Assembly: GCA_025786725.1 (NCBI GenBank)
Contig: JAHLTZ010000056.1
Location: 1-64,000 of the forward strand
Source: Syncephalis fuscata S228
Taxonomy: Eukaryota; Fungi; Zoopagomycota
Direction of reading: 5' to 3'
DNA length: 64,000 nt
Program-made: the position numbers and the translations under genes
Part shown: one piece after another, positions 11,786-23,766 of the stretch
How the letters are laid out: each line of letters starts with the position of its first letter
Numbering within the stretch: position 1 is the first letter of the stretch
The notes under the pieces: generated by a model
What the model saw: the letters and a program-made list of their open reading frames with translations, nothing else
Databases searched by the model: none
What the model was told of the DNA's origin: nothing

Positions 11786-14713
11786 AAATGAATCAATTAC
11801 AGAGTACCATGCACGGCCGGATTGTTTTAGGCCGTATAATGATTTCTTTAATAAACAGACCAAGTTGCCTTCTTCAAAGCCTTCTGGTTGTTTCATGTAA
11901 ATTTCTTCATCCAAAGTACCATTTAAATAGGCAGTAGTAACATCCATTTGATGTACATGATAATTATTTTGCGTGGCAATAGCCAACAGCAAACGAACAG
12001 AAGCGAAGCGGACAACAGGTGAAAATGTTTCTTGATAATCGATACCATAAAGCTGTGAATAGCCTTGAGCCACTAGACGGGCTTTGTATCGTTCAACACG
12101 ACCGTGTTCATCACGCTTAACTCGAAAGACCCATTTTGAACCTATGGCCTTTCGTTCAGCTGGTAATTGAGTAAGTTGCCAAGTCTGATTTTCAAGCAGG
12201 CTATTGATTTCATCCTGCATTGCTTCTTGCCATTTATTAGCATCGCTACTTGATAAGGCTTGTTTTACGCTGGTTGGCTCAGCGTCGATAGATGTAGATA
12301 ACATGCCATAGTCACTAGATTGTGATTTTAAAACGCCTTTTCTTTGGTTGCGTGATACAGCTAATTCATTGTATGTTGTCGGCCTGTTTGTAATTCGGTT
12401 TGAACGACGTTTTGAATTAGAATTATCATCTGAGTTATCATCTGAGTTATCATCTGAATTATATGGCGAATGTGTTGCAGAATTTGAAGATGAAGATGTT
12501 GTAGATGGCGGAGATGCTTGTAAGGAGGATGGCGAAGCGGACGAAGGCTTAAGTGGCGATGATGCACACTTATCAAATGTATCGATGATTAATTCATCGT
12601 GAGTAGAAGGCAGTTGATTTGGTGGTGTATATATTGTTGATTCGTTGAAGATAACATCACGGCTTTTAATGACTTTCTTGGTGTCGATGTTATATAATTT
12701 ATATGCCTTACTACCGTCAATATAACCAATAAAAATGCAGTTATTTGATTTTGAATCAAACTTATTACGTTGACCATGAATGAGAGTGTACGCAGGTGAT
12801 CCAAATATTCTAAGATGTGCAACAGAGGGTGTGGTGTTATACCACAGTTGATTTGGAATAGCATTATCGATCGATTTGCTGGGCGATAAATTACGAATGT
12901 GTGCAGCAGTGTGAATGGCTTCAGCCCAGAAACTATTATGTAGATTTGCTGATAATAGCATTGATCGAGCGGATTCAATTAACGTACGATTCATGCGTTC
13001 TGCAGTACCGTTTTGCTCAGGTGAATATGGAGCAGTTGATTGCCAAATGATGCCATTTGAAGATAGAAATTGTTGCATCTGTGATGATGTATATTCAGTA
13101 CCATTGTCAGAGCGTAATGCTTTAATAGACTGACCAGATTGCTTTTCAACTAATGATTTAAAATCTTTGAAAGTATCAAACAATTGGTTTTTAGAATGTA
13201 TGAATCTAGTCCATACCTTTCTAGAGTAGTCATCAATAAATACAATGAAATACTTTGATCCGCCAATGCTAGGTGTAGACATTGGTCCACATAGATCAGA
13301 ATGAATAAGTGCAAGCGGAACAGATGAACGAGGAGTGGAGGCGACTTTCTTAATAGGTGAACGATGTTGTTTACCTTGTGCGCAAGCAATACAATCGAAT
13401 TGGGCATTGTTGGTCGTATCTAAACCAGTAACAAGTTTATTACTTATTAGTAATTTTAACGAGTTATGATTTAAATGACCATAGCGTTTGTGCCAGAGAT
13501 CGTAGTTTGCAGTTGCGGCAGGAATGGAAGAAAGTAAAGAGGCATCAGAGATATGTAATTTAAAATTAAGTAAATAAAGATTGTTTACGAGGACGGCTTG
13601 GCCAATATGAGTACCAGATGTAGAAATGATTTTGCAATCAGAATTATTTTCAAATAAAATAGAGAAGCCATGTGAAGTGAGTTTTCGAACAGATAGTAAA
13701 TTACTAGTAAGAGATGGAATGTGAAGTACATCACGTAAAACAGCGTGAACAGTTGATCCATTTAGATGTAGGTCGATTTCAATTGTGCCAATACCAATGG
13801 CAGCCATACTAGAGTTGTTAGCTGCGTATACCGTTTTGTTTGTAATGGTAGTATAATTATTAAACCAATTACGATGGCAACATTGATGCTGTGTAGCACC
13901 ACTGTCTACAATCCACTTATCACTAAGTGAGTTGTTTGCGGTATCGTTGACGGAGAATAGATAGGTATTCTGAGTATCAGATTTATTTGCACGTGGTTTT
14001 GAATCGTTGTTGTTGTTATTGTTCTTTCGCTTGAAACAATCGGCGATAAGGTGACCTGGCTTATGGCAGTAATTACACTTCTTGGAGGTTTTTCGCTTGT
14101 ATTGTTTGTTTGGTGACGAATATAAAGCTATTTCGTTTGATTGGGATGATTCGTTGCGTCGATTTTCTTCGGTCAGAATGCGATTAGTGACATGAGCAAC
14201 GTCCAATTCTTCAAGATGTCCTTCAATAGAAACAACAAAGTGTTCATAGTCTTTGGGAAGACTGTAAAGAATAACAGTTACGGTATCAAGTTCTGATACA
14301 CCGATTCTTAGTTCATCAAGTTGTTCAGCCATGGCAATGATATTGCCGATATGATCTTTCATAGAAGTAGAAGGATCCTTTTGGTATGTGAAGAACTTGC
14401 GTCGTAAGAATACAGCAGCAGATACACTTTTTGCTTGAAATAAATTATTGATGGCCATTAAGGTAGCTTTGGTTGTCTTGTGTGATTTTAATTGTCGTAC
14501 ATATTTTGCTGTCATAGCGAGGGTGATTATGGCGCGTGCACGTTTGTCGATGGCGATCCAGTCGTCATATGTGTCTTTATCATCCTTGGTAGGTGGATCT
14601 TGGTCCATGGTACTATCAATGTCCTTTTCAATGAGCAGAGCGTGTATTTGCTCTCTCCATGATTGGTAATTATCATCGGATAATCTTTCGATAGTTGATG
14701 GTCCAAACGACAT
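11786..14713 (-). CDS. Copia polyprotein N-terminal part (gag, protease, integrase, RT N-half)
   Basis: CNYCHKPGHLIADC knuckle, WIVDSGAT protease, WHKRYGH and HSDLCGP...RSDNGTEY...NGTAER integrase, KARLVAQG and QMDVTTAYL RT motifs. Confidence 0.95.
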
Positions 14714-14783
14714 TATGTAGAGTAACGAGGTGACGGCTTAGAAGTAAAGTTTTGGATAATGAATGTATGTACTAGAGAGAATG

Positions 14784-14797
14784 TGAGACTCTTAATC
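14784..14797 (-). promoter_or_regulatory. Copia primer-binding site complementary to the anticodon arm of tRNA-Lys(CUU) (half-tRNA primer)
   Basis: Sense strand GATTAAGAGTCTCA abuts the 5' LTR. Its complement TGAGA-CT-CTT-AA-TC is the anticodon arm of eukaryotic tRNA-Lys(CTT). Confidence 0.75.
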
Positions 14798-15064
14798 TGT
14801 TAGAATGAAAAGGGACAATAGAATGGATTGAATTGAATAAAATGGATTGTTAATTATTTATTAAAATGTGTTACCGATTTTGGTTATTATATAGTTAGTG
14901 GATTCAATTTAGTCACGCGTTATGATGAAGTGTGATTGTTAGTCATGTGTTTGCATTTAAGCATGATTAACCAAATATGGTAATTAATGTCAGGCAAATA
15001 CCTGATGGTCAGGGCCTTGGACATATTGAATGAATGCGGTGTAAACACACGCATTATTTCAATA
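14798..15064 (-). repeat. Copia 5' LTR (267 bp)
   Basis: Direct repeat of 4987-5253; sense-strand termini are TA...CA. Confidence 0.95.
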
Positions 15065-15237
15065 ATACCAATCTGTATAACTAAGCGTGGAGAACTCAAA
15101 TCTGGCTACCATTTTGCTGTATTTTAAGTATGTAAGCCATGAATGACTAAAAACTGTTGTTTTCACACATTTATTAATATATTATCACAATCATAGCACC
15201 ACCACGCAATATAACTACACTATAGTTCATTAGTAGT

Positions 15238-15514
15238 TGTTGGAAAAGAAGGTAATTGGAATGGATTATTGTTTATTAGAATAAAAATGTGGTTAGCTTA
15301 TATATTGGAAATAAGGGAGTAGCTATAGGCGTGTGTATTACATTGTAATGTACAATGTAATATAATGGGGGTATGTGTAACGTTGAGATCGGCCTTATTG
15401 TGATCGATGTAACATTGTACATGTTACAGTAGTTGATGTCAGGCAATTGCCTGACGATCAGGGCCTTTAGACAAGTTGAATGAATGCGGGGTAAACGCAT
15501 GCATTATTTCAATA
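15238..15514 (-). mobile_element. Solo LTR (277 bp) of a related copia family
   Basis: TSD GTAGT (15233-15237 / 15515-15519), with the empty site visible in the opposite palindrome arm (~3490-3510). It shares both termini and the last ~80 bp with the copia LTR; the middle is diverged. Confidence 0.9.
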
Positions 15515-16384
15515 GTAGTTATACATATACTATACGCATAATTGTACAAAATATCATACAGTTTGCTGCATTTTACATAAAATCATAAATAATTTTAGCA
15601 TCGCTTTATTAGTTATACTATTATTATTATTTAATCCATATACTATTACATTTTACCACCTAATTACATTAGAACCACTCTTTTAAGATAGCCATAGCTA
15701 CTAAAAATAACAAATACTGCATTTTCATTACGGTCATAGCTATTAGACATAACAAATATAACATTTTTATAATGTTTTTTGTCTATATTGGTACAGCGGT
15801 GTTATTAAAGAGTCGTTTTTATAAAAGTAAAAAATAAAAAAACTGACAGCTTATTTTATAGTAAATAAATTGTAGTAAACAGACCGCTACTTATTGTTGT
15901 TATAAGCTACATGTTATTGCTTGTGATATTGCAGTTTGGACATTATTTAAATATGATGAATAGGTATCAGGAATTATAAAAAAAGCCATTGACTGTAAAC
16001 AAAAACAGAAATGATAAGATATCGAAAGAAATTAAATTAGAATGTTAATTCTTGTTTAGTGACTCGTTTAACAATTAGCTAATTATTAATTAGTTATGTC
16101 ACAGTTGTAGTGAAGTGTGAATGGAGATTTGTGTTGTAAAATGACCAGTTGATAGTAAATAAAACACAATTTATGTTACCATTGCCGCAAATAGTTATGC
16201 GGAAACGACTGGCTGTTATTACAATGCAATAATCAAGCTGTCGAGATGTTGTAAATTAAATGGATACAGTGTGTGTGTGTTTATAAATCTATATAAATGA
16301 TTGCTATGAAATGTCATTCAATCCTTAGCTCCATTGTGTTAGTGTAAACAAGCTTTGTGTTGTGTCACATTGCACCTGGTCGAT

Positions 16385-16839
16385 TCAGTGACTATGCGGT
16401 ACTACTGAGGTGTCATGGCCAAGGCCAGCTTTGTCTACAAGGTTGAGATGGTGCAGAATGAGATCTTTGCGATATTTTGCCAACGTACTATTGGTGCTTG
16501 ATAAACGGGTAGATGTGCTTGATTGGCTTAGATGAGAAATTTTGGGGGATAGCTGCGAGTTGGACGCTAGCATGGGCGGGCCAAAAACCGGCCCCTCTTC
16601 CTGTGGGCACAGGATAGATTCACAAGTTCGTTGCCGTGTTAATGTACTGGCAATTCGCTAAACTATACGTTAGTATTAAATAATTCAACTTTAAATATGA
16701 TTGTGACGGCTGCACCTTTAAAGATAAAGCTATCGCTTACCTTAGCAGTGATGCGAACACAATCACTAAAGTTTCGCCGTGGCAATGTTGCCGTTGTTTT
16801 TGGTCCAGATTGGGCCAGACGTTCTTTTTTTAGATTCAT
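16385..16839 (-). CDS. Putative two-exon orphan protein (~123 aa)
   Basis: ATG 16839, exon to 16741, AAG|GTAAGC donor, ACTAAC branch point. A TTTAG acceptor before 16657 gives an in-frame join to the 16385-16573 ORF. No recognisable domain. Confidence 0.35.
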
Positions 16840-17528
16840 GACAAATGTTTGAAATAAAAGTTGTTGTTGTTAAATGACAAATAAGAGTACAAATAATAAA
16901 GCGGCTAACTAGATTAACGCAACAACGTGTAGCAGTCTGTTGCTAAACACCAAGAAGGAAATAAAAAGCGGTGGTGCTAGTGACAGACTGGATGAATAGA
17001 TAGATAAATAAATAAAAAGCAATATCTAGGCTGTTAAGTTTGTAGATCTGCTGTGTGTCGATACTGCGGTCTTTATGACTAAAACTGTAGGTGACTTTAA
17101 TCAAAGAAACAAGCTAGTTTACGTTAAGTTGCGTTAGACTGGTTACTTATATGGCGTGCAAAACGAAAAAAGATAGATGATCAGGTGAATACGAATGTTC
17201 AGGTTTCATGACATTTAAACGCCTTTTCTACAGTGGTGTCATGCGTGCAAATGCGCAACAAAAACCATGCGGTCACAGTTTTATTGGACAAAACAAGTTT
17301 ACGATCGACCACCGAGGGTGCACCAAAATGTACGCAAGTTGTCAGTGGCAGAGTGAAGCTGAAACAATCATGCTTATGCATTGAGAAGCTAGCTTATGAA
17401 TTTAAAAATAGTACTGATGTGAGTTTTCCACACACACACACACACACACACACACAATAGAATATAAGCTTCGACTAATTTGTTTATTTATGTGCACTTT
17501 AATAATTGATATAGGGTTGCTTTAAACG

Positions 17529-17999
17529 CTAATGAGTGGCCATTATGTCTGCGTTAGTTGTTTCGCTTAAAGAAGCGGTCATGGATGGTATTTTCGTCAC
17601 CAAACAATAATACGATTCAAATTTAAAGCTTGCTATCGGAGTTTCTATTTGATGTTGGTCTCTTGCTACTCGCGAAGTAAAGCACATAGCAATAACTTGA
17701 GTTCTTCCTTTAAAAGGATATGCAATGCAATTGTCAACAGGGTAGGAAAACCAACGCTCAGCTCTAAAATTGAGATTATAGTTTTGCGAAAAATCTCTGA
17801 TCTTTCGATTGAGCTCACTCATGCAATCAGTTCCATCGGGAACAATCTCTTCTTGTGGCGTTTTAACTAATTCAACAGGATTAGTGTTGAATTTTCTGCG
17901 AATAAGCTTGTTTTTAATAGACGTTATTGTGGCGGCATTTGTTGTAAGAATGGTAGCCAACAATGTGGCAACAATCATAAGGATCGTAAAAGTATGCAT
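17529..17999 (-). CDS. Small secreted protein (~156 aa), effector-like
   Basis: Likely start MHTFTILMIVATLLATILTTNAA (signal peptide). Dibasic RR site after a short propeptide, 4 Cys in the mature part, intronless. Confidence 0.65.
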   Translation of the reverse strand: MHTFTILMIVATLLATILTTNAATITSIKNKLIRRKFNTNPVELVKTPQEEIVPDGTDCMSELNRKIRDFSQNYNLNFRAERWFSYPVDNCIAYPFKGRTQVIAMCFTSRVARDQHQIETPIASFKFESYYCLVTKIPSMTASLSETTNADIMATH

Positions 18000-19365
18000 T
18001 GTTTTCAAAGTATGGTAGATTGTTGAGTGCAAGCAAAGTAAAGTGCAATTCCGACAACGCAATGCTGGTCTTTTTAAATTGTTTGACGGCTGTTGGCTGT
18101 TGACTGTTGACTGTTTAAAACCATGCAGATTCTTTTACTTTTTGAGATTATGTGCATTTTCCACTACTGAATGTAGCTGTATACCAATGGTTTTTGTTTA
18201 TTCGTTAGAAAAAACCTGTATATTTAACGTGGAATATGTTAATTGAATAATAATGGTAATTGTCCACGATGGAGTTGCCATCATTATAATTTTCTGTTGC
18301 ATCAAAAGTCTATGCTGTTACATTCGATAGCCTTATGTGGAACAAGAACGTGGGTGGTTTAGACTTAATCTAGTGGCGTAAGTATTATTACATTGTTGTT
18401 ACCCTAGATTGACAATCATATAGCCGAAACAGCACATGGTTATACAAATGATAACTGTATAAGCATAATTACACATTAGACATTTGCTGATAAAGCCACG
18501 AGTATTTAGAGGTAACGCTTTATCGTAGTGGAATAAGTGATTATTAGGAGGAGCTGATGAGCCACATATGAGACAAAGTAAAAGAACAACATGTTTACCC
18601 CGCTTTCACTCTTATGGTTCATTAACATCAATAACACATGTGGATTACCTCATATGCTAGTTGCATCTGGATTTTACTGGTATATTTTAAAACAAATTAC
18701 TAGTTTACTTGCTATTAAACCAAAATATACCTCATTGCAACAAATGGTGTGCTAGATATCAGATTTATTATCATTCCCACGTTTTTCGTATTGTATCGTC
18801 GGTTAATCATACATATCTACATTAACGAATATAATAATACAACCATTTCGGATAAATAATTAAACATTAGACTAACTAATTTACTATACGTAATTACTAC
18901 TCTTGTGCCATTTAACCATATTATCTTCTTATCACAAGTGTAAGTGCAGATAATAATATTATATATATTTTGTTATTTATAAATATCTAATAAAAATTGA
19001 GTTTTGTTGTCTATTATTCTTACACAGTATCTATTATACTTGCAGTTAAACTACTAAACTCCTGCTATCCAGATAGTGGCATAAAGCTGGCTGAATATGT
19101 AATAATCAATTTATGCTCAATATTATGTTACAACAAAGTTGATTGAAGTGATATACACATTTATAGAATAAAATATATCTGCATCAGTTGATTTATCGAT
19201 AGTATAGCAACCTTTTTCAATAATAGTAAACTGCTGTACACTAGTGATACTATTATAAAGTAGTGTTAGAAGCACTACTTGACAATTGAAAGATAGAGCT
19301 GCTTATAGAGCAAATAGTTGCTTTGTATTGAGTATTTTTAAATTTAATAAGAGAAGGGGAGTCGA

Positions 19366-19599
19366 CGCGCTGTCAGACTGTGCGACCATCCTCGCCAGAT
19401 TACCATGCCGAAACATAGTAAAAAAGCAAGATCATCTACTGCGTAACGCCTCGGCTCTGACGAGCACGATAATGGCGACGCACTCATCCCTTTACGGACG
19501 GCGCACTACTTGTCATCTACCAGCGTGAAGATGGTGTCTAATTTCGAAAAAAAAGACTAGAGACTCACTAAACAACAGATCCTGTCGAGTGTGGTCGGT
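19366..19599 (-). ncRNA. U3: U3 snoRNA (~234 nt)
   Basis: Minus strand, in order: 5' ACCGACCACACT (GAC/A' box), CAGGATCTGTTGTTTAG (box A, 19568-19584), GTAGATGA (C', 19513-19520), CAGAGCCGAG (B, 19450-19459), GTAGATGATCTTG (C, ~19427-19439), AGTCTGAC (D, CTGA at 19373-19376). CGCTG/CAGCG forms the terminal stem, and the G-U-containing hairpins fold only on this strand. Confidence 0.85.
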
Positions 19600-20178
19600 A
19601 TCGAAACAATAGACTGGGTCGCTGGCGGCGCTCTATTTATTTCATTGGGAATCATTGTGGGATGCCTCGTAGATTCAAAACATAAACCATGTCACAGAGT
19701 GACTAGGTTGGTAGCGTGAAAATAATTCTATTTTTCGTTTTTCATTTTTTTACTTTTCTTCTTTGATAGATTTTACGCCCACTTTAGTGTACACGTGAAT
19801 CTGCACACCTGTTTTTGTTATCGTGCTGTGATTCGGTCTACACCGTTTACCCGCCAGTGATCAATACGATAGCTATGTTTATCCGTTCACATTCATATAG
19901 CTATCGAGCGATAAAGACAAATAGCCATAGCAAATAATATTTGAACTAGCTATCGATCGCTGATACATTTCATTGTAATGCATGTATAGTTTAGTATGAT
20001 AACACAGACAATTCTTAATATTGAGTGATTATTTTACTCATTTGTAATAAAGCAACGCGCAAAAATTAGCATAGCAATCGTGCAAATAACAAATTATGTT
20101 AAACGAATTTTAAGTCGATTTCCTATGGTTCCCGCTCGTATTGAGTTTAATATGGGCCAAACTTGCCGAGTCTGTGCT

Positions 20179-20437
20179 CTATTGAGCCGCCTGATGTGGC
20201 ATATGGAGTGGACCGGCTAGACTGCTGATAAAGTCACGCGTACTAACATAGAGTCGACGAAGACCTGTATGGGCATTTGGATTGTTTACAAGCTGACGGT
20301 CCATTAGCGTGCGCAAGTTACGGAAGGCTTCCTGGTGATAGGCCGAGCAGATGTATCGGTTACGTAAAAACATCATATAGGCAAACGGAGTAAAGAATGA
20401 TAATTGGAATCTAAATTAATATATTTATCGTAAATTG

Positions 20438-20477
<40 letters not shown>

Positions 20478-20949
20478 TACTGCTATTTATCAAACTGCTA
20501 TACTTACAATAAAGTCTGAATTACAACCCACGCAAGAATCACCGATACTTCCCAACGAGCGACAAAGTGCATAGCTATTGTGTAGTTTTTGCGAGCTGCC
20601 ATATCCGCCGTTGCCGATAATCGAGCCACAAATGGTTTGGCATCAGCTGGCGCAGCAGTGGCTGTTGGCATTAGTGTAGGCACAACGTGCCGTGCAAGTA
20701 GGTCAACGTATGCAAAGCAGAGAATACGGTAAATGGTACCAATGTCACTAATGGATCTGAGGTAAGGCGTGTCGTCATCAATAATCATATACTAACCTAG
20801 TAACGCTGGCTGAGAATACCAAATAAGAGCCAATGTCAGATATTGCACACTATCATTAGCAGACAGTTGGGCAGCAAATTGCATATTAAATTGAATTGGC
20901 TAAATAATAAAAGTCATGCAGAGCGTCATGTTAGATGTCTATACAGCTG

Positions 20950-20980
<31 letters not shown>

Positions 20981-21332
20981 GTATTAATTTAGTGTTTACT
21001 TACGCCTATTGATTTGTAGCTTGCAACAGCATAGCTCGACATGGCACCGATTAGTGCAACAGAGTATGCCGGTACCGACACGCTATAATAGCTAGTAAAG
21101 TAGCAAAGATAGAATAGAAAAGTAGTAATAACCACTATAACGTGGCCTATCCACCATAGAAATTGTAAATGCTATAGATGCAGTACAATCGTCGTAATCA
21201 TCGTCAATAGCGCTAACAGTTTACATACAAGTAGTAGCTTACCATCACCATATGCATTACTCGGTCGGTTAGCGGTGCTGTTGCCGACGGTGTTTGGTTC
21301 GGTGACGATTGATTGGTAGTAGCAGCAACCAT
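20179..21332 (-). CDS. Pom33/Per33/TMEM33 family ER/nuclear-pore membrane protein, multi-exon
   Basis: QFLWWIGHV N-terminal motif, hydrophobic helices and a C-terminal RNRYICSAYHQEAFRNL motif; canonical GTAAG donors. Confidence 0.75.
20440..20473. repeat. (TAT)n microsatellite in a Pom33 intron
   Basis: Uninterrupted TAT run. Confidence 0.85.
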
Positions 21333-21876
21333 GATATTGATTGTGATATCACCAGCAATACAGCAATAAAATGAACGTTATAGTTAAAGCAACAGTGCAA
21401 AAACAAATATCAACTGTAAATACTGCAATTGACAAGTAGTCAGTGGCAAGCGCGATGATACACGATAGTAAAAAACAAACAAACAAACATACGATAGAAT
21501 GTTAGTCGGTTAAGGGGTGGGTTTATTTAAAAATATTGACTTATTCATTTGAAGATTTTGGAGTAAAGTGTTCTTTAATCAATAAATTGTCATTATTATT
21601 ATTATTCGTTTATAGTGACAGCTGGCTAGGCACCAAGTGTTTATACTATTTCTAAATTTACTAATTATTCAATAAACTATAGACTATTCTATTAGGCATA
21701 TAAATATAGATATATAGATATAGAGTCAGATAGTAGCAATATATTATATTGTATCAACATTGCCACAGTACATAGGCGTACATGTAGCAGAGAGAAACAG
21801 ATAGAGACAAATAGAGAGATGGTATAAATCTGTCCGCGCTTTATCACGTATAATGGACGTCAAATATCCACAAGTA

Positions 21877-23766
<1,890 letters not shown>

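Larger units (their letters stand above)
4987..15064 (-). mobile_element. Ty1/copia LTR retrotransposon, full length but interrupted by a gypsy element
   Basis: 267-bp direct LTRs (4987-5253, 14798-15064) and 5-bp TSD ATACC (4982-4986 / 15065-15069). Domain order on the minus strand is gag-PR-IN-RT-RH. Confidence 0.97.
3248..15767. mobile_element. Palindromic foldback-like non-coding element (~2.15 kb without insertions) with 334-bp subrepeats
   Basis: 3248-~4077 is the reverse complement of ~4238-4986 + 15070-15237 + 15520-15767, apart from one extra 334-bp unit in the right arm. The central spacer is ~160 bp. No ORF and no clear TSD. Confidence 0.75.

Noticed and set aside
19286-19528. 80-aa plus-strand ORF; also telomerase RNA, RNase P/MRP or SRP readings of this structured region
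   Set aside because: No template or CR-I/CR-V motifs; the ordered A', A, C', B, C and D boxes fit U3 on the minus strand.
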